64,000 nucleotides of DNA. Source: an uncultured bacterium (GTDB lineage Bacteria > Latescibacterota > MWCZ01). The notes beneath the pieces are model-generated. The model searched no databases and was not told the origin of the DNA. It saw nothing but the letters and a program-made list of their open reading frames with translations. The stretch covers positions 74,693-138,692 of the forward strand of contig CAZEAI010000001.1 in NCBI GenBank assembly GCA_964510105.1. Reading direction: 5' to 3'. This document shows positions 36,507 to 48,400 of this stretch, one piece after another (the first letter of the stretch is position 1; each line of letters opens with the position of its first letter). The position numbers and the translations under genes were made by a program.

Positions 36507-37766
36507 ATGATCAGAAGCTTCTGCAGATCGCTCATCGTCGCGCCGCTGTTCCTGGTGGGGATGGCAGGTGCCGCCGGGTATTCGATTTACGAGCAGGGGG
36601 GGGCCGCCACGGGCGAGGCGAGCGCGTTCGTCGCGCGAGCAAGCGATCCGTCAGCGATATTCTTCAATCCGGCCGGTATCGCGAGTCAGGACGCGGGCCT
36701 CGCCATCGGCACGACGTTCATCACCATGGCGTCCGAATTCGACGGCGACAACCCGTTCCCCGGCATCGGCACGCACGAGGAGATGGAGAGTCAGGTGTTC
36801 TACCCGACGCACGTCTACCTTGTGTATCCCGTAGGCCCGGTCACAGCGGGATTCGGCTTCTTCACGCCGTTCGGACTGGGCACGAAATGGGGCGACGATT
36901 TCTCCGGCAGGGCGATCTCGAAGCAGGCCGATATCCAGTCGTTCTACCTCAATCCCACCGTCGCCTGGAAGAGCGGCAAGTTCGCTGTCGGCGCCGGCGT
37001 GCAGGGGGTTCACTCGAAGGTCACGCTCATTCGCACCGCGCGCCTGCCGATCGCTTCGGCATCGTCTGTAACCGTGATGGACGTTGCGACGCTCGACCTC
37101 GAAGGCGACAACGGCGGTTTCGAATGGGGATTCAACGTCGGCGCGCAGTACTTCGTGAACGACATGATAACCGTCGGCGCGAGCTTCCGCAGCAAGGTCG
37201 AGACGTCGCTGACCGGCACGGCGAAGTTTGTCGACCGTAGCCCGCTCGTCGAAGGGCAGCTACCGACAGAAGCAGATGTCGCCGCGGATATCCCGTTCCC
37301 GTCCATCGCAGCCGTCGGCATCGCGGTTCAGGCGACCCCGAAGCTGACCATTGAGGCCAACGTCGTGCAGATGAGCTGGTCGGTGTTCGACTCCCTCGGC
37401 ATCGAGTTCACCGAAGCGACGTGGGCGCCGCTGAGCGAGACGATCCCGGAGCTTTACGAGGATTCGCGTAGCTACCGCATAGGCGCCGAGTATCAGTACG
37501 ACGAGCAGCTCGCCCTGCGCTGCGGCTACATCCTCGACGAGTCGCCACTTCCGGCGGAGTCGGTCAGCACGTTGCTGCCCGGTGCCGACAGGTACTCGCT
37601 GCAGGCAGGCGTCGGCTACACCATGGGCGACATCACGATCGACGCGTCGTACATGTATCTGAAATTCAACGACCGCTCGACGCAGCGTTCAAGCTCGTCC
37701 GGCTTCGACGGCCTTTACAAGACGACGGCGCATCTCTACGGCATCACACTCGGTTACTCGTTCTGA
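36507..37766 (+). CDS. FadL/TodX-family outer-membrane hydrophobic-compound transport protein
   Basis: ATG at 36507 with a G-rich RBS; signal peptide, then YEQGGAATGEASAFVARASDPSAIFFNPAGI (FadL N-terminal hatch consensus) and a C-terminal aromatic terminus (LGYSF). Confidence 0.75.
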   Translation: MIRSFCRSLIVAPLFLVGMAGAAGYSIYEQGGAATGEASAFVARASDPSAIFFNPAGIASQDAGLAIGTTFITMASEFDGDNPFPGIGTHEEMESQVFYPTHVYLVYPVGPVTAGFGFFTPFGLGTKWGDDFSGRAISKQADIQSFYLNPTVAWKSGKFAVGAGVQGVHSKVTLIRTARLPIASASSVTVMDVATLDLEGDNGGFEWGFNVGAQYFVNDMITVGASFRSKVETSLTGTAKFVDRSPLVEGQLPTEADVAADIPFPSIAAVGIAVQATPKLTIEANVVQMSWSVFDSLGIEFTEATWAPLSETIPELYEDSRSYRIGAEYQYDEQLALRCGYILDESPLPAESVSTLLPGADRYSLQAGVGYTMGDITIDASYMYLKFNDRSTQRSSSSGFDGLYKTTAHLYGITLGYSF

Positions 37767-37779
37767 GCCGCGAAAGGAA

Positions 37780-39093
37780 ATGACCATGCAACACGTTTCA
37801 ACATTGTGGAGACGGGCGCTGGTCGTCGGCGCTACGTTCGCGCTGCTCGCTCTCGTGGCGGGGTGCGGCTCTGACGATAAGCTGCTCTCGAAATTGCCAG
37901 GCGAGGGCTCCACCGGCGATGCGGACTTCACCAGCTACGTCGCAATCGGCAACAGCCTGACGGCGGGATATCAGTCCGCCGCGCTGACATCGACGACGAA
38001 CGACTTCAGCTATCCGAACCTCATCGCGCAGCAGGTCGGAACGGCATTCGTGCAGCCGGAGATCGACTATCCGGGCATCGGCGCGTATTTCCCCGGCGCC
38101 GGGATCTTCGAACTCAGGCAGCTCTCGGTTCCGCCGGTGATTTCGCCGGAACCTCTCACTGCGGCGCAGCAGGCGAATCCGCTGTCGATGCTCTCCAACG
38201 CAACGCATCCCGCGCCGTACAACAACCTGGGCATCCCCGGAGCGCTCGCGGTGGAGATGCCGACGGCCACCAGCTCGGCCACGTCGCTTTCGAGCAATAC
38301 GATGTTTGACCTCATCCTCCGGAATCCAACGATGGGGAACACGACGGTCGTTGATCAGGCGCTGCTGCTGAGCGCAACGTTCGCGACGGTCTGGCTTGGC
38401 AATAACGACGTGCTCGGCTACGCCACAAGCGGCGGCACGAATCCGCCCGCGCCGATGCCCGCGGCTAACGTCGAAGCCGCTATTGGAGCCGTCGTCGCCC
38501 AGCTTGACGCAGCCGGGGTAAAGATGGCCATCGCGAACATCCCGGATGTCTCGGTGATCCCATACTTCACCACCGTCAAGCCGTACCTCACGGTCACCGG
38601 GACGAGCGTTCCCGTGCTCGACGGCCAGGGCAACAAGCAGTTCTTCCTCGGTCCGGACGGCTTCCTCACAGACGCGGACATGATCGTCTTGACGGCGCAG
38701 ACAGTCATGGCGCCGCCGCCGGAAGGCCCGGGACAGGGCTCGGTCATTGCGCTCGAGGATCAGTACGTGCTGAGCGCGGCGGAGCAGGCCATCGCTCAGG
38801 CGGCTGTCGACGCGTATAACGTCGCCATCGCCGGAATCGCGGCAAACTATGGCCTCGCACTCGTCGACATCAACAGCCTGTTCGACAGCATCGTGGCCGA
38901 GGGTATCGACTATGGCGGTCTCGATCTGAACGCCGGATTCCTATCGGGCGGAATCTTCAGCCTCGACGGCGTCCATCCGACGAACGTCGGTCAGGCCATC
39001 GTCGCGAACGAATTCATCGCGGCGATCAACTCGACATACAACGCGGACATACCGCTTGTGAGCGTCTACGGCGCGATAGCACAGACGCCGTGA
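37780..39093 (+). CDS. SGNH/GDSL-family hydrolase lipoprotein
   Basis: Lipobox LALVAGCGS; GDSL block VAIGNSLTAGYQS; C-terminal DGVHPT (catalytic Asp/His region). Confidence 0.65.
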   Translation: MTMQHVSTLWRRALVVGATFALLALVAGCGSDDKLLSKLPGEGSTGDADFTSYVAIGNSLTAGYQSAALTSTTNDFSYPNLIAQQVGTAFVQPEIDYPGIGAYFPGAGIFELRQLSVPPVISPEPLTAAQQANPLSMLSNATHPAPYNNLGIPGALAVEMPTATSSATSLSSNTMFDLILRNPTMGNTTVVDQALLLSATFATVWLGNNDVLGYATSGGTNPPAPMPAANVEAAIGAVVAQLDAAGVKMAIANIPDVSVIPYFTTVKPYLTVTGTSVPVLDGQGNKQFFLGPDGFLTDADMIVLTAQTVMAPPPEGPGQGSVIALEDQYVLSAAEQAIAQAAVDAYNVAIAGIAANYGLALVDINSLFDSIVAEGIDYGGLDLNAGFLSGGIFSLDGVHPTNVGQAIVANEFIAAINSTYNADIPLVSVYGAIAQTP

Positions 39094-39116
39094 CTACGCT
39101 ACAACGCCGAACGCAG

Positions 39117-39156
39117 AAATGCCCCGAGCCGGTCCAACCGGTTCGGGGCATTTGCA
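39117..39156. terminator. Strong bidirectional rho-independent terminator
   Basis: AAATGCCCCGA-gccggtccaaccggt-TCGGGGCATTT: 11-bp perfect outer stem with an inner 5-bp stem, flanked by A-run and T-run; sits between convergent genes. Confidence 0.6.
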
Positions 39157-39185
39157 TGGACGCGAGCCTGGTCCAGGTCAGACCG

Positions 39186-39737
39186 TCACTGGAGCCACGT
39201 CGTGAATTCGGACGCGGGTGTCCTGCGCCCGGACTTCTCAGGCGCATCGGAGTATCCCATGTAGACCGCGGCGATTACCTTCTCGCCGTCGTCGAATCCG
39301 AGGTAGTCGGCAACGTCGCGCGAGTACATGGTCGCCCCGGTCTTCCAGAACGTCGCCATCCCGGCGTCCTGCGCGCACAAGAGCAGATTCTGCACTGCCG
39401 CCGCCGTAGCCCACTGATTCTCCCAGGCCAGAACTTCGTCCTCGTCGGTCTTCGCTGAGACCACCACTACTACGGGTGTGCGCGAAGGTTTCGCCCGTTC
39501 CGCCGCCAGCTCCGCCGTATGGGTGACTCCGGACGCCTTCAACGCCGATTCCATCGCGGCGCCAAGCTTCTCCCGCGCATCGCCGGAGATTAGGTGGAAA
39601 CCCCACGGCTCGGTCATCCTGTGGTTCGGCGCCCAGACCGCCAACTCCAGCACTCGCTCTATCTCGGCGCGTGAGGCCATATCGGGCTTCATCGCGCCGA
39701 CATTCCGTCTCGCCCGTATCGCTTCCCGGACTTCCAT
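39186..39737 (-). CDS. Nitroreductase-family protein
   Basis: About 180 aa with the nitroreductase fold signature (EAIRARRNV start; PWGFHLI; AAAVQNLLLCAQDAGMA). Confidence 0.75.
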   Translation of the reverse strand: MEVREAIRARRNVGAMKPDMASRAEIERVLELAVWAPNHRMTEPWGFHLISGDAREKLGAAMESALKASGVTHTAELAAERAKPSRTPVVVVVSAKTDEDEVLAWENQWATAAAVQNLLLCAQDAGMATFWKTGATMYSRDVADYLGFDDGEKVIAAVYMGYSDAPEKSGRRTPASEFTTWLQ

Positions 39738-39848
39738 CCGTGGCCTCCATCGTGTCAGGTGTATGCTCTGTTGAAGACGGCACGGAAACTACGAGGCCCG
39801 CCCGGCATCAACAATATTCGCGACGCACCGCGAGAGCAGCTCCAGCCC

Positions 39849-40961
39849 CTACTGCCGGTCGTCGATACCATGTATCGCGGCGCCGGGATTGAACGCGGCC
39901 CAAGCGAACCAGTACGCCATGTACGAATCCGGCATGACAAGACGCTCGCCGACCCGTGCTCCACTCAGCGCGGTGCCGAATATGTCGTAGCCGACTCCGG
40001 AGCTGTCCCGCATCACGACGCCTGCTGAATCTCCGGTGACCGCCTCGAAGACGGGGATGTCGCCGGAATCCGTCCGACGCCTCTCGTACGCCACGATGAG
40101 TCCGTCCTGCTCGCTGCCGTACACGACGATCGCGACGCCGCCGACGAAATCGTTGATCGCGACCGCGTCGGGAAAGCTACCGAAGCGGTATACGCGAGAC
40201 TCGCCGCCGATCCTCACTCCGAGCACCCGCTCCTTCCTCGGGAGCCGCCGGTCGTCGGGGGAGACGCCGAATATCAGGTAGTTGTGGTTCGTCCGGTAAT
40301 CGCGATAGGGATAGTTGGTGTAGAAGCCGGCCCGGTAAACGCCGGTCTCGTACGAGAGCGCCCGGACGTCCGGGTAGCGGGCCCTCAGCGTGCCCCACGT
40401 CATCTCCACCGCCGGGTGAGTGACGGCGCGGGTTCCCTTGTTCGCGCCCCCGACGCACATTCCCGTCATCTGCGACCAATAGCTGTCGGTGGCCCGATCG
40501 TACGGGATGAGATTGGTGTTGTAGAGCAATCCGGAGACGCCGAACTCCGTCGTCTGCCCGCTGACGTGCCGGTCCCAGACGATGCCGCTCCCCGTGAGCG
40601 GACAGTAGGTGACGGAGTATGTCAGGCCGGCGAACTCATCGTTGACGATCTCGTGCCAGTCGAGCACCTCATGCGGATAGGCGCGAATGTCGTCTCCGAC
40701 CTTGACAGCTATCACCAGATCGTGGTCTTCGAGGTACTCATGCTCGCTTGCGCTGATGAAACGCGTCACGTCGAGCGAGGGTATCCCGTCCTTCCCCGGT
40801 CCACCGTCGTGGACCTCGCCCAACGGGATGAGCCAGTCTCCGGAAGAAGACGACCCACCCGTGGTCGGTCCGGTCGGCACATTGGACGTGCTCGTATTCT
40901 GCGTGCAGCCGGCAGCGATGGCGCCTGCGCTCAGGATGGCTATGATGGCATGTAGTCTCAT
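39849..40961 (-). CDS. DUF3179-like lipoprotein
   Basis: Lipobox AIAAGCTQ; RAYPHEVLDWHEIVNDEFAG...VTYCPLTGSG resembles the DUF3179 signature as I recall it. Confidence 0.45.
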   Translation of the reverse strand: MRLHAIIAILSAGAIAAGCTQNTSTSNVPTGPTTGGSSSSGDWLIPLGEVHDGGPGKDGIPSLDVTRFISASEHEYLEDHDLVIAVKVGDDIRAYPHEVLDWHEIVNDEFAGLTYSVTYCPLTGSGIVWDRHVSGQTTEFGVSGLLYNTNLIPYDRATDSYWSQMTGMCVGGANKGTRAVTHPAVEMTWGTLRARYPDVRALSYETGVYRAGFYTNYPYRDYRTNHNYLIFGVSPDDRRLPRKERVLGVRIGGESRVYRFGSFPDAVAINDFVGGVAIVVYGSEQDGLIVAYERRRTDSGDIPVFEAVTGDSAGVVMRDSSGVGYDIFGTALSGARVGERLVMPDSYMAYWFAWAAFNPGAAIHGIDDRQ

Positions 40962-40977
40962 ACTGCCTCTCCGCGAG

Positions 40978-41892
40978 TCAGAGTGTGTAGAACACGGCGA
41001 CCGACGCGGCGTAGCTGGTGGTGAATTGCGTTCCGGCGACCTGTCTGACGACGGGTGCCTCGACGTTCGCTCGCAGCAACACGCTCGGGCTGAACGTCAG
41101 GCTCACGGTGGGCGCGACGGACAGCCAGGATCCGCCGGTGTTCGGCATGTCCGATCCGGCCCGGCGATCGGGACCGGTCCACCGGTACCGTCCGGCGACG
41201 GAGTAGCCGATGAGCGGGGTGACCTGGTGAGTGAATCCGGCGACCGAGAGCAACTCCGAGCCGAAGCGATATTCGCGACCGTTTGTCCCCGTACGTCGGT
41301 AGGACAGCGAGCTGTAGATACGCGACGACCCGGAGCGGCGAATCGCGCGGGCGACGTATCCCCACAGCACTCCGTCCCACGCTCCCGTGCCCGGCTGCAT
41401 GTCTTCCGAGAGGAGGATGCCCTGAGATCGAAGCGTGCTCGCGCCAATCGGGAGTTTGACGCCGATGCCAACCGCGGACTCGTATGGGTTGAACGCGGAG
41501 ACACGCATCGGCGAGTACTTCGCCAGAAGGAGCAGGTCGCCCTGCCCGAGCGATGTCAACTGATCGCTGCCGAGATCGGTATCCACGCGCCGGCGGTGGG
41601 TTACAACCGGCAGCAACGCTGTCGCCGATAGCGATCCGGTGATGCCGATGCGTGCCTCCAGCAGGAAGGAGTCCGTCGTCCGGGTGCGGTCCACACCGTT
41701 GATCGATTCGCTTTCGGAGACCAGATCGTTGATGGCGTGACGCTGATACGTGATGCCGAACTGGAACGACCCTTTCGGCGTCGCGGCCGCCTCAAGCGAT
41801 CCTGGTAGCGGCGCTCCGGCGCAGCTGCACGTCTGAGCCCTCCCGGAGATTGGGAGGAGAACCGCCAACACTACCGCTGACACGATGCGCAT
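40978..41892 (-). CDS. Putative outer-membrane beta-barrel protein
   Basis: Signal peptide; alternating beta-strand pattern; C-terminal aromatic terminus (VAVFYTL); 17-bp gap to the upstream lipoprotein gene. Confidence 0.45.
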   Translation of the reverse strand: MRIVSAVVLAVLLPISGRAQTCSCAGAPLPGSLEAAATPKGSFQFGITYQRHAINDLVSESESINGVDRTRTTDSFLLEARIGITGSLSATALLPVVTHRRRVDTDLGSDQLTSLGQGDLLLLAKYSPMRVSAFNPYESAVGIGVKLPIGASTLRSQGILLSEDMQPGTGAWDGVLWGYVARAIRRSGSSRIYSSLSYRRTGTNGREYRFGSELLSVAGFTHQVTPLIGYSVAGRYRWTGPDRRAGSDMPNTGGSWLSVAPTVSLTFSPSVLLRANVEAPVVRQVAGTQFTTSYAASVAVFYTL

Positions 41893-42096
41893 TCAGGCTG
41901 CCTCCATGAATTCTTGACCGGCGACTCATGTTCCGCTGCCCCTGAAACAGGTCTCGTGCGGCGCGAGGTTCCATCGCGCGTTCGGCGTGCTTCGGGTTGA
42001 CCCGCGAATCGGAGGTCGGAATACTTCTACGCGAACCTCGACGGCGCTCGCCCGAGCCCCGTCGGCGTCGCACCCGAACACCTGGAGGAACTCCCC

Positions 42097-43152
42097 ATGA
42101 GCGACAGACTGCGTGTGGCCGTCACCGGCGCAGGCGGCGAGGCCCGTTGGTATATGGACCGGTACGCGAACTCCGAAATCGCCGACCTCGTGCTCGTGCA
42201 GGATATCGACGAGGAGAAGGCGCGGGAGCAGGGCGAACGTTTCGGCGTCCCGTGGACGACTGAATTCGACGACCTGCTGGCTGACGGCATCGACGTCGTG
42301 GATGTCAGCACGCCGAACCATCTGCACGCCGATCAGACATCCGCCGCATTCGACGCGGGCAAGCACGTCATCTGCCAGAAGCCGATGGCGCCGACGGTCG
42401 CCGAGTGCGACCGCATGATCGCGGCCTCGGAGACGACCGGCCTGACGCTCGGCATCTATATGGGATCGCTCAGCTCGCCGCTCTTCCACGAACTGCGCGA
42501 GATGGCGCGGGCGGGGATATTTGGTATCGTATCATCGACGAGCAGTCGTTCCGCGCACCGAGGCGGCTACGAGGCGCCGGACCGGTCTGCGTGGCGGGGC
42601 TCACTGGAGAAGACCGGCGGTGGCGCGTTCATCCAGCTTGCGATACACCCGGTGAACCTGCTCCAATGGGTGCTGGACGACGAGATCGTGGAAGTCACCG
42701 CTCGATCGACGAATCGGCTTTGCCAACACTCCATCGGCGGCGACGACCTGACGCACGCGGTGGCCGAGTATGCCAGCGGAGCATACGGAACGTTCGAAGC
42801 AGGCTACGCCGCGGAGGGCGGCCTGCTGTCGTTCCACGGAACGAAGGGATCGTTCGTGCAGACCGCCGGTATGACGCTGCTCTGGTCGGAGCTTCCGTGG
42901 GAGGGCGAAATCATCTCCTACACGCCGAAGCCCGGCAAAGAGATGACGGTCCTGGACTCGGCGGAGCTCGGTAAGCGCCAGGGCCCGCTGGGAGATCGGT
43001 ACGACCAACATGAAGCGTTCCTCCGCGCGGTGTTGAAGGGAGAGCAGGCGCCCGTGCCCGGCTCCGTTGGCCGGCGCGACGTCGCCATCAGCAAGGCCGT
43101 GTACCATAGCGCCGAGACGGACTCCAGCGTGCGAGTCGAGGACATGACGTGA
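42097..43152 (+). CDS. Gfo/Idh/MocA-family oxidoreductase
   Basis: LRVAVTGAGG Rossmann start and CQKPMA (EKP-like) motif. Confidence 0.8.
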   Translation: MSDRLRVAVTGAGGEARWYMDRYANSEIADLVLVQDIDEEKAREQGERFGVPWTTEFDDLLADGIDVVDVSTPNHLHADQTSAAFDAGKHVICQKPMAPTVAECDRMIAASETTGLTLGIYMGSLSSPLFHELREMARAGIFGIVSSTSSRSAHRGGYEAPDRSAWRGSLEKTGGGAFIQLAIHPVNLLQWVLDDEIVEVTARSTNRLCQHSIGGDDLTHAVAEYASGAYGTFEAGYAAEGGLLSFHGTKGSFVQTAGMTLLWSELPWEGEIISYTPKPGKEMTVLDSAELGKRQGPLGDRYDQHEAFLRAVLKGEQAPVPGSVGRRDVAISKAVYHSAETDSSVRVEDMT

Positions 43153-43188
43153 CACGCCTCCGCCTTTGCGCGGCGGGAAGGAATATCC

Positions 43189-45444
43189 ATGCAGAGCTCC
43201 ATGGTCAAGGACGCGCTGGAATACCACAGCAGGGCGCCACAAGGCAAGATCGCCGTACGCGCAACGAAGCCCTGCATCACCCAGCGCGATCTGAGCCTCG
43301 CCTACACCCCGGGTGTCGCGGAACCATGCCGCCTGATCGAGCAGGACCCCGAGGAGGCATACCGGTACACCGCGAAGAGCAATCTCGTCGCCGTGGTCTC
43401 AAACGGCACGGCGGTTCTCGGCCTCGGCAACATCGGCGCGCTCGCGGGGAAGCCCGTCATGGAGGGCAAGGGCGTCCTGTTCAAGCGATTCGCCGACATC
43501 GACGTGTTCGACCTAGAACTCGATACGACCGATCCCGACCTGTTCGTCCAGACGGTGAAGGTGCTCGAACCCACATTCGGCGGCATAAACCTTGAGGACA
43601 TCCGCGCTCCGGAATGCTTCTACATCGAGGAGAAACTCAAGGAGATCATGGACATCCCCGTGTTCCATGACGATCAGCATGGCACGGCGATCATCTCCGG
43701 GGCGGCGCTCATCAACGCCGTCGAACTCGCAGGCAAGGACATCGCCGACGTGCGGGTCGTCTATAACGGCGCCGGCGCGGCGGGCATCGCCTGCGCGGAC
43801 CTGCACGTTCTGCTGGGCGTGCGACGCGAAAACATCGTCATCTGCGATTCCAAAGGCGTGATCCACCAGGGACGCGCCGAGGGGATGAATCCGTACAAGG
43901 CCCGCTACGCCGCCGACACCGATCTGCGAACGCTTGAGCAGGCCATGCGTGACGCAGACGTATTCGTCGGCGTGTCGGTGAAGGACGCGGTCACGCAGGA
44001 CATGGTGCGCGGGATGTCGGCCAATCCCATCATCTTCGCCATGGCCAATCCCGATCCCGAGATCACCTATGAGGCCGCGCTCGAAGCGCGGTCGGACGCC
44101 ATCATGGCAACGGGGCGCTCCGACTATCCGAATCAGGTCAACAACGTCCTGGGATTTCCGTTCGTGTTCCGCGGCGCGCTCGACGTTCGTGCTCGCGCGA
44201 TCACCGACTCCATGCAGATCGCCGCCTCGAACGCGCTTGCCGAGCTGGCCCGGGAGACCGTCCCGGATGCCGTCAGCCGCGCGTACGGAGACGAGGAGTT
44301 CCACTTCGGCCGCGAGTACATCATCCCGAAGCCGTTCGACACACGAGTGCTGACGCGCGTCGCGCCGGCGGTCGCGCGGGCCGCCATGGACGAGGGTGTC
44401 GCTCGGACTGAGATCGACATCGGCGAGTACGTCGAGGAGCTGGAATCGCGGCTCGGCCACTCGCCGGAGATCATGCGACGCGTCACGCACAAAGCCGCTC
44501 GCGACCCAAAGCGAATCGTCCTGCCGGAGGGGTCCGACCACCGCGTCGTACGAGCCGCCCGGATCATCGCCGACCACGGCATCGGTATACCCGTGCTACT
44601 CGGAGAACGCACCGCCGTGGACGATATTGCGCGCGTTCACGAGATGGACCTGGACGACATAGAGGTGGTCAGCCCTTCGGACAGCCCGAAACTCGAGGCC
44701 TACTCGGACGCTCTGTACCGACTCCGCCAGCGGAAGGGCGTCACCCGGGAGGTCGCGCGGGAACTCACTCGTCAGCCGATGTACTTCGGCTCGATGATGG
44801 TGCGGATGAACGACGCGGACTGCCTCCTCGCGGGCGTCACGCAGACCTATCCCGATACAATCCGGCCAGCGATGCAGATTGTCGGGGTGGCCGAGGAACA
44901 CACCAAGGTCGCGGGCCTGTACATAATCATCGTGAATGGCAGCACGCTCTTCTTCGCCGACACGACAGTGAATATCGATCCAACGGCGGACGACTTGGCG
45001 GAGATCGCGCTTCTCGCGGCGGAGACGACGCGGCGATTCGATGTCGAACCGCGGATCGCCATGCTCTCGTGCTCCAATTTCGGGAGTATCCGCCACCCGG
45101 CGGCGGACCGAGTCCGGCGCGCGACGGAGATCGTGAAGGAACGTGCGCCGCACATCGAGATCGACGGGGAGATGCAGGTCGAAACGGCATTGACGCCCTA
45201 CATCCTTGAGCGCTATCCCTTCAGCACGCTCAGGCGTCCGGCGAACACGCTCGTCTTCCCGAATCTCGACGCCGGAAACATCGCGTACAAGCTCCTGGAG
45301 CAGATCGGCGGCGCCCAGGTGATCGGACCAGTCCTCATGGGAGCCGGCCGACCCGTGCATGTGCTCGCGCGCGGATCGAACGTCGATCACATCGTGAACA
45401 TGGCGGCCATCGCCGTCCTCGACGCGCAGGAACGGGAGCGCTGA
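43189..45444 (+). CDS. maeB: NADP-dependent malic enzyme (malic enzyme domain fused to a phosphotransacetylase-like domain)
   Basis: [21 protein letters not shown] and GAGAAG motifs in the N-terminal half; PTA-like C-terminal half; 751 aa. Confidence 0.9.
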   Translation: MQSSMVKDALEYHSRAPQGKIAVRATKPCITQRDLSLAYTPGVAEPCRLIEQDPEEAYRYTAKSNLVAVVSNGTAVLGLGNIGALAGKPVMEGKGVLFKRFADIDVFDLELDTTDPDLFVQTVKVLEPTFGGINLEDIRAPECFYIEEKLKEIMDIPVFHDDQHGTAIISGAALINAVELAGKDIADVRVVYNGAGAAGIACADLHVLLGVRRENIVICDSKGVIHQGRAEGMNPYKARYAADTDLRTLEQAMRDADVFVGVSVKDAVTQDMVRGMSANPIIFAMANPDPEITYEAALEARSDAIMATGRSDYPNQVNNVLGFPFVFRGALDVRARAITDSMQIAASNALAELARETVPDAVSRAYGDEEFHFGREYIIPKPFDTRVLTRVAPAVARAAMDEGVARTEIDIGEYVEELESRLGHSPEIMRRVTHKAARDPKRIVLPEGSDHRVVRAARIIADHGIGIPVLLGERTAVDDIARVHEMDLDDIEVVSPSDSPKLEAYSDALYRLRQRKGVTREVARELTRQPMYFGSMMVRMNDADCLLAGVTQTYPDTIRPAMQIVGVAEEHTKVAGLYIIIVNGSTLFFADTTVNIDPTADDLAEIALLAAETTRRFDVEPRIAMLSCSNFGSIRHPAADRVRRATEIVKERAPHIEIDGEMQVETALTPYILERYPFSTLRRPANTLVFPNLDAGNIAYKLLEQIGGAQVIGPVLMGAGRPVHVLARGSNVDHIVNMAAIAVLDAQERER

Positions 45445-45480
45445 GTCGTGGGTCGGACCGGCAACGAAACGCTATACGCC

Positions 45481-48400
45481 ATGCGCCGGACCGTCATCCT
45501 GGCCTGCGCAGCCATCGTCGCTGCGGCAGCGCCCGTAGCGGGCGCACCCGTCGGCAAGGTCGCAGGGAGAGTGGCGACCGTCGGCGGGGAGGTGCTCCCG
45601 GGAGCCGCCGTATCCATAGGAGGGGTCCGCCTCGGCGCAGTCACCGACAGCGACGGGCGATACTTCATCCTGTGCGTTCCCCCCGGCTCATACTCGATCA
45701 CCGCGTACGTCGCGGGCCGACGCCCCATTCGAATGAGCGACGTTCGCGTTGACGCAGCTCGCACGACACGTCTCGACTTCAGTCTCCCGCTGGCCGGCAT
45801 AGAGATCGAGGCGCAGACGATCGCGGTTCCCCCGCCACTCGTAACCCCCGAAGCCGCCGACACGCGCATTTCCGTGAACCGGGACGACCTCGCCGACCAA
45901 CCCGCGGAGCGTTACATCGACGTGCTCGACGCGCGTGCCGGACTGTCGGTGGCGTCGGAACGGGTGCTGGTCATACGGGGTCCGCGCGAGCAGGCGACGA
46001 ACTTCCGCGTCGACGATCAGCGGCTGTGGAACCCTCTGGACGAAAGGTCGTACACCGCTGTCAACGAGGGCTTGGTGGAGCAAATACAGGTCCTGACCGG
46101 CGCATTCGAGGCGAGCTATCAGGGAAGCGGCGGCACAATCGGCGCGGTGACTCGCGACCCGGCCCGAATGTCCGCGCTGGGCGGGAACATCCGATATACC
46201 CCGCCCCGCAGGCAGCACTTCGGACCGAACGCGTACGGCAACGACCAGTACGACCGTCTTCTCTACGCAAACGACGGCATGAGCACCAACGGGCGCCTTT
46301 TCAACGCCATGGAGGGAACACCCGGCAGGTGGACCGACCGGGTGAACTCCAACCTGCCGGTGTACGCCGTACAACTCGGCGCTCACGCCCCGGACGGAGA
46401 GCCCGTCTTTGTTGGATGGGATAGCGTGACGACACTGGTAAACGACGGCGCATGGGCACTCGGCGATTCGCTCATCGACAAACACCGCGGGAACTGGACA
46501 TCCGACGCGCTCCAGAGGGTCTGGGAGCACCGCCATCGGGAGTGGGACTACGAGGACGCGGGCGACCTGGAATTCGACATCACAGTCTCCGCGCCCGTGT
46601 ACATTGTGCCCGAGACACGCTTCGCCCTCGCATACCACCAGGAGCGTTCCGCGCTGCCGGTTCCCACCGTTGAGCAGCTCTTCACGGACCGGCTCGCCGA
46701 GGCACGCATCCACTCCACGGTCGTACCGCGGGTGGCGATCGATGCATATGGCCGGTTCGAATACATCGTGACGACGGCGAACGGCGTTTCCGGCAGAGCA
46801 GGCCCCGGCGAAGTGCCGAACGGCGTCGAATGGTATGCGGGCGGCCCCGTCGCGCTCGGCGGCATGGGTGGAATCGTATCCAGCCTCAACAAGTACAACC
46901 TCTGGTCGAACGAACGCTACGTGGAACAGGTCTGGGGTGGCGGAGCGAGAGTGCTCCACGCCGTGGGAGACGCAGTCTACTACCAGCTTGCCGGAGAGTT
47001 CCTTCGCGGAGAGACCGAAGCCCGGCCCGGCGCGAAACGCGGGACGAACAACAACGCACATCACACGGACGCGAACTTCGACCTGCTGCAGCTCCCGAAC
47101 GGCGACACGGTATTCCTCGACGAGAGCCCGTGGGGGTTCGACCCGGGCTCGTACGCCGGACTCGACGTGGCGGGTGCGTACTACCTGAGCGGCGGCGGGC
47201 TCGTATCGGACTTCTCCGATTGGCAGACCACGGGGCTCCACGCCGAAGTGTACGCGCAGCTTGCACCGTCGCACGGCGTCGCGCTGGGAGCGAGCTACGA
47301 ATTCGGCCGCCTCCACCGCGACAGCCGGTCGGCGGATCGCGCAACCGGAGCCAACGCCCGATACACCGAGTATGAAGCAGAGCCCCGCGAACTCGCATTG
47401 TATGCGCAGGACCGCGTGGAACTCGACGACCTCGTCGCAAACGTCGGCGTGCGGGTGGAAAGTTTCGATCCGGGGAGTCAGCGCTACTTCCCGGGACAGG
47501 CGTTCCCGGATGCGTACGCTCCCGGCGGATTGGCGGGATTCGGCGAAGACGCCGGAGTGACCCACGTCGACCCGGCGCCGGGCGATGGGCGCGATGCACT
47601 TGCGTACATCAACGGGCCGCTCGACGATGATCCCGCGTGGCAGTATGCGCAGGCGCTCCTCGGCGAGCTTCCACAGACGGAGGCCCCCAACGCGTGGCGC
47701 ATCTCCCCACGGATTGCTGTGAGCCACGCGCTGGGAGTCCGAGGCCGAGTCTACATCGGGGCCGGGAAATACCGTCGCGCGGCGAGCACGGGAGCACGAT
47801 ACGGGTTCGTGGAAGCCGACGGACGCCTCGGCAGCGAACATGGCTGGATCGCGAGTGCCGGCAATCCCGAACTCCCGCCATCGACGACGACCATCTACGA
47901 AGCCGGTGCCGAGCGATCGCTGACCAACCGGTCCGCAATACGGGTCCGAGCGTACAGCGCATGGGAAAGCGGCCTGCCGTCGCGTGTGGATCGGGTCAGC
48001 CAGGCGCCGTCCCCGGCATCCGGAGGACCAGGGTACGCCGACGTGGGCTTCTCCACATCCGAACCCATCGGCTATCGGGAGCACCGCGGCGTGGAGACGG
48101 AGTTCGAGCACCTCGGCGCGAACTGGCTGCGCGGCTTCGCGACGCTGGATATCCGCGACGAGCGCGTCGGACGGACGGACGGACTCGTCTCGTACGGAGG
48201 GTTCGACTCGGAGCCGGCCGCGGGCGGGATAGCCTACGAGGAGTCGGATGTCTCAGTCGACGCCGCGGTGAATCTCATCCTGGCAACGCCGAGGGCGTGG
48301 GGGCCGGTCATCGGCGGCTGGGAACTCGCGGTTCAGCAGTGGTACGAGCGCGGAAGGGAGGTCGCCTATCGTTTCGACGATGGCCTCTCCGACCCCGTGC

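Noticed and set aside
45688-48111. 807-aa ORF antisense to the TonB-dependent-like receptor, and 59373..61985 (870 aa) antisense to GH2
   Set aside because: High-GC antisense artefacts with no domain signatures; sense strands have clear domain motifs.
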